A stretch of DNA of 48,000 nt from an uncultured Clostridia bacterium (GTDB lineage: Bacteria > Bacillota > Clostridia > Oscillospirales > Ruminococcaceae): assembly GCA_944386255.1 (NCBI GenBank), contig CALXAK010000113.1, positions 1-48,000 of the forward strand, given 5' to 3'. Below are positions 8,065 to 16,827 of this stretch, piece after piece. The position numbers were made by a program, and so were the translations under genes. A model generated the notes under the pieces. It made no database searches, had not been told where the DNA came from, and was given only the letters and a program-made list of their open reading frames with translations. Position 1 is the stretch's first letter. Every line of letters starts with the position of its first letter.

Positions 8065-8925
8065 ATGGACAAGCCTCTCTCTAAAAGGCGCCGGGCCTAC
8101 ATAGCCCTAATGCGCGCCCTGATGACCCTCTCCTTCCTCATAACCGCGGCGCTGGCGGTGTTTATGGTGGCGTATGTACTTGCAAAGGGGCTGCCCTCCA
8201 TCACCTGGGAGCTGCTGAGCACCAAACCCAGCTACCTTGAGGACCGCATCGGCATACTCCCCGACATACTCAACACCATCTACATCGTCATCGCCACCCT
8301 CGCGGTGGTGCTCCCCCTCGGGGTGGGGGCGGCCATCTATCTCACCGAATACGCCCGCAACAAGCGGGTGGTCGCCATGATTGAGTATGCCGCCGAGACC
8401 CTCTCCGGCATACCCTCCATCATCTACGGCTTTGTGGGCATGCTGTTCTTCTGCACCTACTTTGGCCTCGGCACCTCTATAATGGCGGGCGCTCTGACTC
8501 TGGTCATCATGAACCTGCCGACCGTTATGCGCACCACCCAGGAGAGCCTCAAAACGGTGCCCCAGAGCTACCGGGAGGGGGCCTTCGGCCTCGGGGCCGG
8601 CAGATGGCGGGTGATACGCACGGTGGTGCTGCCGGGCTGCGTGGACGGCATAATAACCGGCTGCATCCTCTCGGTGGGCCGAATCCTAGGCGAGTCGGCG
8701 GCGCTGCTCTACACCGCGGGTTTTGCCCATGTGCTCCACGGCTTTTTTGAGGGCCTCGGCAGCGCCGGAGCCACCCTCACCGTCGCCATGTATGTCTATG
8801 CAAAGGAGGACGGGGAGTTCCAGGTGGCGTTCGCCATCGCCTCCATCCTCATGCTGCTCACCGTTTTGGTAAACCTGTCGGCGACACTTGTGGCAAAATA
8901 CTACAAAAAGCGGAGAAATATATGA
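8065..8925 (+). CDS. pstA: Phosphate ABC transporter permease PstA
   Basis: 286-aa polytopic protein with an EAA-like loop ([30 protein letters not shown]). Confidence 0.9.
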   Translation: MDKPLSKRRRAYIALMRALMTLSFLITAALAVFMVAYVLAKGLPSITWELLSTKPSYLEDRIGILPDILNTIYIVIATLAVVLPLGVGAAIYLTEYARNKRVVAMIEYAAETLSGIPSIIYGFVGMLFFCTYFGLGTSIMAGALTLVIMNLPTVMRTTQESLKTVPQSYREGAFGLGAGRWRVIRTVVLPGCVDGIITGCILSVGRILGESAALLYTAGFAHVLHGFFEGLGSAGATLTVAMYVYAKEDGEFQVAFAIASILMLLTVLVNLSATLVAKYYKKRRNI

Positions 8926-9674
8926 GCATCATAACTGCTAGGGACCTGTGCCTTTGGTACTCCAGCACCAAGGCGCTGAAAGAGGTCAACATAGAGATCG
9001 AGGAAAAGAGCATTACCGCCCTCATCGGCCCCTCCGGCTGCGGCAAGTCCACCTTCCTTAAGACCCTAAACCGCATGAACGACCTGGTGCCGGGGGTAAA
9101 GATAACCGGAAAGGTTGAATACAAGGGCAAGGACATCTATGACCCGTCGGTGGACGTAAACGGGCTTCGCCGGGAGATAGGCATGGTGTTCCAGAAACCC
9201 AACCCCTTCCCCATGAGCGTCTACGACAACGTGGCCTACGGCCCCAGGACCCACGGGGTAACCGGCAGGGCCAAGCTGGACGACATTGTGGAGCGCTCGC
9301 TTCGGGACGCGGCCATCTGGGACGAGGTGAAGGACCGGCTCAAAAAGTCCGCCCTCGGCCTCTCCGGCGGCCAGCAGCAGCGGCTCTGCATAGCGCGGGC
9401 GCTGGCGGTGCAGCCCCAGGTGCTGCTCATGGACGAGCCCACCTCCGCCCTGGACCCCATCTCCACCTCAAAAATCGAGGAGCTTGCAATGGAGCTGCGC
9501 TCCCGGTACACTATAGTGATAGTGACACACAATATGCAGCAGGCCGCGAGAATCTCCGACAGCACAGCATTTTTCCTGCTGGGGGAGCTGATCGAATACG
9601 GCCGCACCGACAGAATTTTCGCGTCCCCCACCGACAAAAGGACTGAGGACTACATCACGGGGAGGTTCGGCTGA
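8922..9674 (+). CDS. pstB: Phosphate ABC transporter ATP-binding protein PstB
   Basis: Walker [10 protein letters not shown], signature LSGGQQQRL, Walker [16 protein letters not shown] overlap with the pstA stop. Confidence 0.95.
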   Translation: MSIITARDLCLWYSSTKALKEVNIEIEEKSITALIGPSGCGKSTFLKTLNRMNDLVPGVKITGKVEYKGKDIYDPSVDVNGLRREIGMVFQKPNPFPMSVYDNVAYGPRTHGVTGRAKLDDIVERSLRDAAIWDEVKDRLKKSALGLSGGQQQRLCIARALAVQPQVLLMDEPTSALDPISTSKIEELAMELRSRYTIVIVTHNMQQAARISDSTAFFLLGELIEYGRTDRIFASPTDKRTEDYITGRFG

Positions 9675-10324
9675 TGAGAAGCAGGTTTGACCAGCAGCTG
9701 CAGGAGCTAAACAGCAAGCTCATTGAGATGGGCGCGCTCTGCGAGGAGTCCATTGCCCTCGCAGCCAAGGCGCTGCTGGGGGGAGACGGTGAGCTCGCCT
9801 CCCGGGTGGTCCCCCTCTCGAGAGAGATAAACAACATGGAGCGGGAGATAGAGTCGCTCTGCCTGAAGCTGCTGCTGCAGCAGCAGCCGGTGGCGGGGGA
9901 CCTGCGGCTCATATCCGCTGCCCTTCGCATGATAACCGACATGGAGCGCATAGGCGACCAGGCGGAGGACATCGCCGAGATGGCCCCCTTCATGGCCGGC
10001 CGGGAGGACAGAGAGCTCGGCCGCATAGGGGAGATGGCGAGGGCCGCCATCGCCATGGTCACCGACAGCGTAACCGCCTTTGTGGACCGGGACACCTCCC
10101 TCGCCGCAGAGGTGATAGGCCGGGACGACGTTGTGGACGGCTACTTCGCCCGCATCAAGCAGTCGCTGATTGAGGCGCTGGTCTCAAAGCCCCAGGAAGG
10201 GGAGTATGTGCTGGATGTGCTCATGGTGGCAAAGTACCTCGAGCGAATCGGCGACCACGCCACCAACATCGCCAGCTGGGTGGTGTACTCGGTCACCGGC
10301 GTGCACGGAGAGGAGAAGGCATGA
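9674..10324 (+). CDS. phoU: Phosphate signalling regulator PhoU
   Basis: 216 aa with two PhoU repeats (ITDMERIGDQAEDIAE and AKYLERIGDHATNIA). The start abuts the pstB stop (TGATG). Confidence 0.92.
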   Translation: MRSRFDQQLQELNSKLIEMGALCEESIALAAKALLGGDGELASRVVPLSREINNMEREIESLCLKLLLQQQPVAGDLRLISAALRMITDMERIGDQAEDIAEMAPFMAGREDRELGRIGEMARAAIAMVTDSVTAFVDRDTSLAAEVIGRDDVVDGYFARIKQSLIEALVSKPQEGEYVLDVLMVAKYLERIGDHATNIASWVVYSVTGVHGEEKA

Positions 10325-10998
10325 CAGTCTGGTGCGTTGAGGACGACGCGAGCATAAGAGATATTGAAATTTACACCCTCAAGGCCACCGGCTTTTCCGC
10401 CCAGGGCTTTGCAGACGCCGGCTCCTTCCGGGAGGCGCTGCGCAGCGAGCGGCCGGACCTTGTGCTGCTGGATGTTATGCTGCCTGGCGAGGATGGAGTG
10501 GAGCTGCTGGTTTCCATGAAAAACGACCCGGAGCTCTGCGGTATACCGGTGATAATGGCCACAGCCAAGGGTATGGAGTACGACAAGATCCAGAGCCTTG
10601 ACCTCGGCGCCGACGATTACCTTGTCAAGCCCTTCGGCATGATGGAGATGGTCTCCCGGGTAAAGGCGGTGCTGCGCTGCAGTGGCACACAGGGCAGTGC
10701 GCCCCGGCTGGAGGCGGGCGGCCTGCTTTTAAACCCTTCTGAGCGCACGGTATACGCCTTCGGCGAGCGGGTTAACCTCACCTTCAAGGAGTTTGAGCTG
10801 TTGCGGCTTTTCCTCGCCCATCCAGGCATTGCATTTTCAAGGGAACAGCTCTTCCAGGATATCTGGGGCGACGATTACATCGGAGAGTCCCGCACGGTGG
10901 ATATGCACATCCGCACTCTGCGCAAAAAGCTCGGCTCCTGCGGCAGCATGATCGAGACCGTGAGGGGTGTTGGCTACAGACTGGAGGTCCCCCAATGA
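10321..10998 (+). CDS. OmpR-family response regulator (PhoP/PhoB-like)
   Basis: Receiver domain (VEDD, DLVLLDVMLPGEDG, LVKPF) plus a winged-helix output (LTFKEFELLRLF...VDMHIRTLRKKL...VRGVGYRL). ATGA overlap with the phoU stop. Confidence 0.88.
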   Translation: MTVWCVEDDASIRDIEIYTLKATGFSAQGFADAGSFREALRSERPDLVLLDVMLPGEDGVELLVSMKNDPELCGIPVIMATAKGMEYDKIQSLDLGADDYLVKPFGMMEMVSRVKAVLRCSGTQGSAPRLEAGGLLLNPSERTVYAFGERVNLTFKEFELLRLFLAHPGIAFSREQLFQDIWGDDYIGESRTVDMHIRTLRKKLGSCGSMIETVRGVGYRLEVPQ

Positions 10999-12653
10999 CC
11001 AAGAGGATATTCAGATCCACCGTCGCGGTGGCGGCGGCGGTGCTGGCGGCGAGCCTTGTGATAATAATGGGCTGCCTCTACAGCTATTTTGCCACCGTTC
11101 AGGAGAACCAGCTGCGGGACGAGCTGGAGCTTGCCGCAGCTGCCGTGGAGACACAGGGCAGTGATTACCTGGAGAGCCTTGACACCAGCCGTATAAGGCT
11201 TACCTGGATTGCACAGGATGGAAAGGTGCTCTTTGACAACCAGGCTGGTGCTGCATCCATGGAGAACCACGCCGGTCGAGAAGAGTTTCGCGAAGCAGCG
11301 CTTGCCGGTGTGGGGGAAAGCACGAGATATTCTGACACACTGCTGCAAAAGACCATCTACTATGCACGCCGCCTGGACGATGGTACGGTGCTCAGGGTCT
11401 CGGTGAGCCGCATGACCCTTGGCTCCCTCACCATAAGCATGCTCAGCCCTATTCTGCTGGTGGCCGCGGTGGCGCTGGTGCTGTCGGCGGCGCTGGCAAA
11501 GCGGGTGTCCAGAAGAATTGTGGACCCGCTCAACCACCTGGACCTCGAGAATCCCCTGGAAAACGACACCTATGACGAGCTCTCGCCTCTGCTGCTGCGC
11601 ATAAACCAGCAGCACCGGCTCATTGACGCCCAGATGCAGCAGCTCCGCCAGCGCCAGGAGGAGTTCACCCAGATTACCGGCAGCATGAAGGAGGGACTTG
11701 TGCTGCTGAACGCAAAGGACATGGTAGTGAGCATCAACCGCGCTGCCATGGACGCCTTCGGGGCGGACGAGTCCTGTGTTGAAAAGAGCTTTTTGACCCT
11801 CGAGCGCAGCCACGAGGTGAGCACCGCCCTGCGGGAGGCGAAGCAGAAGGGCCACGGGGAGACCCACATAACCAGAGGCGGCAGGGAGTACCAGCTGGAT
11901 CTCAGCAGGATAGAGTCCGACGGGGAGGTGGCCGGCACCGCGGTGCTGGTGTTCGACATCACCGAGCAGGCGGACGCCGAGCGCAGCCGCCGGGAGTTTA
12001 CCGCCAACGTCTCCCACGAGCTCAAAACCCCGCTGCAGTCCATTATGGGCAGCGCTGAGCTCATTGAAAAGGGCCTTGTAAAGCCGGAGGACATGCAGCT
12101 CTTTACCGGCAGAATCCGCACCGAGGCCTCAAGGCTGGTGGCGCTCATAGACGACATAATCCGCCTCTCCCAGCTGGACGAGGGGGCGGAGCTGCCCTGC
12201 GAGGAGGTGGAGCTGCTGGAACTTGCGAAGGACACCGCCCACTCACTGGAGCAGGCGGCGGCCGAGAGATGGGTGCAGATAAAGGCGGCGGGCGAGTCGG
12301 TTAAAATCCTCGCGCCGCGGCGGCTGGTGGGGGAGATTGTCTACAATCTCGCCGACAACGCCGTAAAGTACAACCGCCCCGGCGGCAGCGTTGATGTAGA
12401 GGTCAGGGAGGAGGATGGGTCCGCCCTCATAAGGGTGCAGGACACCGGCATCGGAATCCCAGAGGAGCACCAGAGCCGGGTGTTTGAGCGGTTCTACCGG
12501 GTGGACAAGAGCCACTCCAGGAGTTCCGGCGGCACCGGACTCGGGCTCTCGATTGTAAAGCACGCCGTCGCCCGCCTCGGCGGCAGCATAAAGCTCACCA
12601 GCTACCCCGGAGAGGGGACCGCGGTGGAGGTGCGCCTCCCCAAGGCAAAATAG
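10995..12653 (+). CDS. Sensor histidine kinase (PhoR-like)
   Basis: Two TMs flank an external domain of about 120 aa. H-box FTANVSHELKTPL, N-box NLADNAVKYN, G1 DTGIGI, G2 GGTGLGLSIV. ATGA overlap with the regulator stop. Confidence 0.88.
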   Translation: MTKRIFRSTVAVAAAVLAASLVIIMGCLYSYFATVQENQLRDELELAAAAVETQGSDYLESLDTSRIRLTWIAQDGKVLFDNQAGAASMENHAGREEFREAALAGVGESTRYSDTLLQKTIYYARRLDDGTVLRVSVSRMTLGSLTISMLSPILLVAAVALVLSAALAKRVSRRIVDPLNHLDLENPLENDTYDELSPLLLRINQQHRLIDAQMQQLRQRQEEFTQITGSMKEGLVLLNAKDMVVSINRAAMDAFGADESCVEKSFLTLERSHEVSTALREAKQKGHGETHITRGGREYQLDLSRIESDGEVAGTAVLVFDITEQADAERSRREFTANVSHELKTPLQSIMGSAELIEKGLVKPEDMQLFTGRIRTEASRLVALIDDIIRLSQLDEGAELPCEEVELLELAKDTAHSLEQAAAERWVQIKAAGESVKILAPRRLVGEIVYNLADNAVKYNRPGGSVDVEVREEDGSALIRVQDTGIGIPEEHQSRVFERFYRVDKSHSRSSGGTGLGLSIVKHAVARLGGSIKLTSYPGEGTAVEVRLPKAK

Positions 12654-12662
12654 AGCAGCTTT

Positions 12663-12693
12663 GCCCCGCGCGGCCTGCCGCGCGGGGCTTTTT
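12663..12693 (+). terminator. Intrinsic terminator after the pst/pho operon (hairpin shared with the convergent DUF4363 gene)
   Basis: GCCCCGCGCGG (12663-12673) pairs with CCGCGCGGGGC (12678-12688), followed by TTTTT. It lies between convergent stops at 12653 and 12699. Confidence 0.75.
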
Positions 12694-12698
12694 CTGCT

Positions 12699-13064
12699 TT
12701 AAAAAACCTGCACCATGGAGTCGGAGATTATGTCGAGGGTAATGAGCACCCGCTCCGAGTCGGCAAAAAAATCCTCGAGAGTGTCCTCCCTCAGGTAGTT
12801 TTCCAGCGACGCGCAGTTGTTGCGCAGCTCAAACCTGTAGGTGCGGTCCACAAAGGCGGTGAGCCAGGGGTCGCTCCTTTTCTGCAGCGCCCGGAACTGC
12901 TGCAGCGCCTCGTGGGCCGCCGGAAAGTCCCCGCTCTCGGCGAGCTCCTCGGTTTTTTGCAGCAGTTGCTGCATCTCGCCGCAGACCGTCACCGTCTTAA
13001 AGGTGGCAAATGCGGTGATGCCCGCCAGAAAAATAAGGATGGTTACCGCAGCCTTTATCCTCAT
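12699..13064 (-). CDS. DUF4363-like small secreted or membrane-anchored protein
   Basis: 121 aa with an N-terminal signal/anchor (AAVTILIFLAGITAFATF) followed by a helical domain. Size, layout and position immediately downstream of a DUF421 gene match the DUF4363/DUF421 pairing common in clostridia. Confidence 0.6.
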   Translation of the reverse strand: MRIKAAVTILIFLAGITAFATFKTVTVCGEMQQLLQKTEELAESGDFPAAHEALQQFRALQKRSDPWLTAFVDRTYRFELRNNCASLENYLREDTLEDFFADSERVLITLDIISDSMVQVF

Positions 13065-13068
13065 ACGC

Positions 13069-13725
13069 CTATGCCTTCCAGAGAATGTAGTAGTTCCTGT
13101 CGCAGTCGCACTGCATCAGCAGCACGTCCTTGAGCCCGGTGCCGCCCTTTTCCAGCTGCTGCAGCACCCACTTTTTCTCCACCCCGCAGGCCTCGAGAAA
13201 CTGGGTGTTCAGCTCCCCCTCCACCACCAGAGGGAACTGTATGGGTTTCTGCTCCGCGCCGGGGTCGCCCTTGTTGTCGTGGCCCTTGGTTTTTACGCTG
13301 AGCTTGCCGCTGGTCTCCACCACGGCAAAGTTCACGGTCCGCAGGTCAAATATGTTCTTCTGCCGCAGCGCCTCCAGCAGGTCGTCCATGGTGTAGCGCA
13401 GCTCCTTGAGGGCCTTCTGGTCCACATGCCCGTCCAGCACAACAATCCTGCTGCTGCCGGATATGGCCTGGGCCAGCTTCGGCAGCTTTACAATGGCGTA
13501 GGACACCAGCACCTCCAGCGAGACTATGAGGAGAATCGGTATGGCCACCGCCGTCATGGGCAGGTCGGTCTCCTCAATGGGCAGGGAGGCGAGGTTGGAT
13601 ATGAGTATGGTGGTCACAAGTTCGTTGGACTGCAGCTCACCTATCTGCCGCTTGCCCATAAAACGCATTATGGCAATTACCGAAAAATACACCACCAGCG
13701 TGCGCACAAATACCAGGATCATCAA
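13069..13725 (-). CDS. DUF421 (YetF/YdfS-family) membrane protein
   Basis: N-terminus MILVFVRTLVVYFSVIAIMRFMGKRQIGELQSNELVTTILISNLAS is the hallmark of the YetF family. The ORF opens with TTG 13725. ATG 13722 is the likelier start, with GGGAGG 7 nt upstream on the minus strand. Confidence 0.8.
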   Translation of the reverse strand: MMILVFVRTLVVYFSVIAIMRFMGKRQIGELQSNELVTTILISNLASLPIEETDLPMTAVAIPILLIVSLEVLVSYAIVKLPKLAQAISGSSRIVVLDGHVDQKALKELRYTMDDLLEALRQKNIFDLRTVNFAVVETSGKLSVKTKGHDNKGDPGAEQKPIQFPLVVEGELNTQFLEACGVEKKWVLQQLEKGGTGLKDVLLMQCDCDRNYYILWKA

Positions 13726-13816
13726 AAGGCCTCCCGTCTTACTGGGATTATTTTTGCCAGCTTTCGCAATAATAACCGTATGAAAACCGGCAAAGGTCCG
13801 AGGAGGCGTTTACGAC

Positions 13817-15286
13817 ATGCAGAAGGAGCAGGTTTCAACAAGTTCCCGCGGGAATGAGCTTCGGGTAAAGGAGCTCTGCCGGGATTCGGCGGACATCGTA
13901 AGCTCCCGCCTTGAGGCGGCGGGGCACGGCATATCCGCCGTCTGGTGCGACGGCATGGTGGACAACGAGATGGCGGCGCTGGTGCTGTTTCGGGAGCTCA
14001 AAAAACTGCCCCCCACAAGGGTGCTCTCCCCCGAGAGCTTTGCAAAGGACCTGGTGGAGGGCAGGCTCACCGTCTTCGGGGCAAAGCTCTGTCGGGAGAT
14101 GGAGGAGTGCATATACAACATCATGTCCGGCTGCATACTGCTCTTTATAGAGGGCTGCGGCAGTGCGGTGGTCTTCCCGGCCCAGGGCTTCCAGTTCCGC
14201 TCCATCTCCGAGAGCTATTCCGAGGAGAACGTCCGGGGTTCGAGAGAGGGCTTTGTTGAGCCCATACGCATAAACATGACCCTTATCCGCCGCAAGCTCA
14301 AGACCCGCGACCTGGTGTTCGAAAACTACCGTGTGGGCCTCAAGAGCAAGACCGACGTGTCGGTGGTCTACCTCGCCGGGCGGGCCCCGGGGGAGCTGGT
14401 GCGGATGGTCCGCCAGCGGCTCCGGGACATCACGATAGACCTTGTGCTGGAGTCCGGCTTTATCCAGCCGTTTTTTGAAAACAAGGGTACCGGCCTCTTT
14501 TCCGGGGTGGGCCACACCGAGCGCCCCGACACCCTCTGCGCAAAACTCGCGGAGGGCAGGGTCGCCATACTGGTGGACGGCGCACCCTTCGCCCTGCTGG
14601 TGCCCTACCTCTTCTATGAGAACTTCCAGGCTTTTGACGACTACACCAACCGGCCCTACTATTCCAGCTTTATACGAATAATACGCTACCTCTCGTTCTT
14701 CATCGCCTTTTTGCTGCCGGGGCTCTATGTGGCTGCGGCGGACTCCTTTCCCGAGATAATCCCCCTCGAGCTGTTCTTCAACAGCGTCTCCGCCCAGCGC
14801 AAGCTACCCCTGCCCATAATGCTGGAGGCGCTCTGTATCGACCTCATATACGAGGTGGTCCGGGAGGCGGGGCTGCGCCTGCCGCGCCCCGTGGGCCACG
14901 CCATAAGCCTTGTGGGGGCGCTGGTGGTGGGGGAGGCCGCGGTGAGCGCCGGCATAGTCAGCCCCACCATGGTCATGGTGGTGGCCATCACCATGGTCAT
15001 GACCTTTACCATCCCCATGCTGTACGAGCCGGTGACGGTGCTGAGGCTTCTGTTTATCCTGGTCGGCGGGGTGTTCGGCTTTACCGGGGTCGCACTAGGG
15101 CTAATGGCGGTGCTGGTGGAGATAAGCGCGGTCAACACCTACGGCCTGCCCTACCTCTCCCCGCTGAGCCCCCTCGGGTCCGCGCTCTTTGTGGACGGAC
15201 TTCTGGTCAAGAGCAGGGCCGGGGCAAAGCGGGACCGGGGCCTCGGGGACCTGCCCGGCTCGAAGTGGAGGAAAAGACGTGGATAA
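13817..15286 (+). CDS. Spore germination protein, GerA-family A subunit
   Basis: 489 aa. The segment FQFRSISESYSEENVRGSREGFVEPIRINMTLIRRKLK is typical of GerAA/GerKA, and there is a C-terminal block of 4-5 TMs. RBS GAGGAGG. Confidence 0.85.
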   Translation: MQKEQVSTSSRGNELRVKELCRDSADIVSSRLEAAGHGISAVWCDGMVDNEMAALVLFRELKKLPPTRVLSPESFAKDLVEGRLTVFGAKLCREMEECIYNIMSGCILLFIEGCGSAVVFPAQGFQFRSISESYSEENVRGSREGFVEPIRINMTLIRRKLKTRDLVFENYRVGLKSKTDVSVVYLAGRAPGELVRMVRQRLRDITIDLVLESGFIQPFFENKGTGLFSGVGHTERPDTLCAKLAEGRVAILVDGAPFALLVPYLFYENFQAFDDYTNRPYYSSFIRIIRYLSFFIAFLLPGLYVAAADSFPEIIPLELFFNSVSAQRKLPLPIMLEALCIDLIYEVVREAGLRLPRPVGHAISLVGALVVGEAAVSAGIVSPTMVMVVAITMVMTFTIPMLYEPVTVLRLLFILVGGVFGFTGVALGLMAVLVEISAVNTYGLPYLSPLSPLGSALFVDGLLVKSRAGAKRDRGLGDLPGSKWRKRRG

Positions 15287-16145
15287 GGGAAAGATCTCGC
15301 TGTCACAGCTGATGGCGGTGGTGGTCTCGGTGTCGCTGCTGCCCTTCTTCTCATTCCTGCAGTTCAGCAAGGGATGCGCGGGCCTTCTCGTCTACTGCGC
15401 CGCTGAGTCGCTGCTGATGGCCGTGTCACCCCGCATTTCCTCGCTACTCTCGGCGAAAAAGGCGCTAAAAACCGCGGCCGCCTGCTACTGTCTCGCCGCC
15501 TTTACCCTCGCTCCCTTCTGCTTTTCCGCCGCCACCGAGTACGGCATAGATACCCCCACGCCAAAGCTCCTGGCCATAGCCCTTGTGGGAGTCGCAATGC
15601 GCTCCGCGGGCTCCGGTTGCGAGGCGGTGGGCAGGTTTTCCTCAATTGCCCTTGGCTTTTCCGCGGCGGCAACGGTGCTGCTGGCGGCCTTCTGCCGCAG
15701 CTACCTCAGCTGGCCGCTGCTGAGGGAGTCCTTTCCCATAAGCCCTTCGCCGGAGCTGGCGGCGCTGCTGCTGCTCCCGCTGCCGGCGCTGGTGGCGGCG
15801 GAGCTCTCCGGCAGCTGTACCGGCGGACCGGCGGCGCCGGCGAGGTGGTCGGCGCTGCTGTCGCTGCTCATAAAGTCCCTGCTGGGTCTCATGCTCTACT
15901 CAGCCCTGGGCCCGCTGAGAGGGTACATCAGGGCCCCGTTTTTCTACCTTGCCTATGCGGTTGCGGACAGGTTCTCCCCGGTGCTGCTGAGCCTTGTGGT
16001 GATGGCGTTTGTCGGGGTGGCGGTGGCCGCCATGTCCGGCCTGCTGCTCACCGCCGCCCGCAGCATCGGCAGGGATTACCGCCGCAGCACCCTGCTGCTG
16101 GCCCTGCCCGCGGCGGTGGCGGCGCTTGTTGGAGGTGCACTGTGA
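15279..16145 (+). CDS. GerAB-like (spore permease type) germination protein, unusually short
   Basis: GTG 15279 has GGAGG 7 nt upstream and overlaps the A-subunit stop (GTGGATAA). The N-terminus VDKGKISLSQLMAVVVSVSLLP matches the GerAB KIS..QL start. About 9 hydrophobic segments and only 288 aa. The track ORF 15189.. is a 5' over-extension. Confidence 0.6.
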   Translation: MDKGKISLSQLMAVVVSVSLLPFFSFLQFSKGCAGLLVYCAAESLLMAVSPRISSLLSAKKALKTAAACYCLAAFTLAPFCFSAATEYGIDTPTPKLLAIALVGVAMRSAGSGCEAVGRFSSIALGFSAAATVLLAAFCRSYLSWPLLRESFPISPSPELAALLLLPLPALVAAELSGSCTGGPAAPARWSALLSLLIKSLLGLMLYSALGPLRGYIRAPFFYLAYAVADRFSPVLLSLVVMAFVGVAVAAMSGLLLTAARSIGRDYRRSTLLLALPAAVAALVGGAL

Positions 16146-16765
16146 AAAGAGCTGTAACCGTGGTCTTTCTGCTGCTTGTGGCCCTGGCCTCAACCGGCTT
16201 TAAAAACTTCCCGGAGATAAAGGAGCGGGTGCTGGTGGGCGCCCTCATCTGCGACGGAGAGGGTGGAGACTTCCACCTTGCGGCCCTCTGCTACACACCC
16301 GAGGAGCAGCAGGGGAGCGGGTACGGCAGCTTTCTGGTCTCGGCCTCGGGGGAGAGCTGCGACGAGGCGTTCCTGCGCCTTCTGCGCAGGGAGCCAATGC
16401 TGTTTTTTGACCACATGGCGGCGGTGGTGGTGGGGGGAGAGGCGGTGAATTTCGGCTTCGGCACCCTTCTCGCCACCATGGAAAACTACGGCGTGCCGGA
16501 CAAGGCCGGCATCTTCCTCTATGAGGGCAGCTGCATCGGACTGCCGGAACAGAACTTCGGCGGCGGCACCGCCCTGGCGGACCAGCTGGACGACGCTCTG
16601 GAGCAGCAGCCGGTCAACGTTTTCAGGGTGCAGCGGTCCTTCGCCGCGGGTTTTTCCGCCCGGCTCCCGGTGCTGGAGCTCTATCTCAAGGCAATATCCT
16701 CCGACGGCGAGGAGATAATGGGCCTTAGGGTCAAAAATTCTGCGGAGCTCGCTCCCTATCTTTGA
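16142..16765 (+). CDS. Ger(x)C-like germination protein, N-terminal half only, no lipobox cysteine
   Basis: GTG 16142 has GGAGG 6 nt upstream and overlaps the B-like stop (GTGA). Signal/anchor VVFLLLVALASTGF. The pattern ...GESCDEAFLRL....FFDHMAAVVVGGEAV..GFGTLL resembles the Ger(x)C N-domain (G.T..EA.R...H..VIIIGEE.A..G). 207 aa. The upstream 175 codons of track ORF 15617.. are off-frame Gly/Ala/Pro/Arg junk overlapping the B-like gene. Confidence 0.5.
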   Translation: MKRAVTVVFLLLVALASTGFKNFPEIKERVLVGALICDGEGGDFHLAALCYTPEEQQGSGYGSFLVSASGESCDEAFLRLLRREPMLFFDHMAAVVVGGEAVNFGFGTLLATMENYGVPDKAGIFLYEGSCIGLPEQNFGGGTALADQLDDALEQQPVNVFRVQRSFAAGFSARLPVLELYLKAISSDGEEIMGLRVKNSAELAPYL

Positions 16766-16794
16766 TTGAAACTCGGGGCGGTATGTTGTAAAAT
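16766..16794 (+). promoter_or_regulatory. Sigma-A-type promoter upstream of hprK
   Basis: TTGAAA (16766-16771), a 17-nt spacer, then TAAAAT (16789-16794). It is overlapped by the inverted repeat TTGTAA-N7-TTACAA (16786-16804). Confidence 0.5.
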
Positions 16795-16827
16795 ATCATT
16801 ACAAATATAGAGCTCGGGAGGCGCGCC

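Noticed and set aside
13726-13816. Sigma-G/sigma-F type forespore promoter for the gerA-like operon and the divergent DUF421 gene.
   Set aside because: I could not find a convincing GnATA-N17/18-CATnnTA arrangement on either strand by eye. Promoters must exist in this 91-bp spacer, but I cannot place them.
15278-15286. DnaA-box-like 9-mer CGTGGATAA (8 of 9 matches to TGTGGATAA).
   Set aside because: It is a single copy inside the gerAA/gerAB start-stop overlap. There is no cluster, no AT-rich unwinding element and no dnaA/dnaN context.
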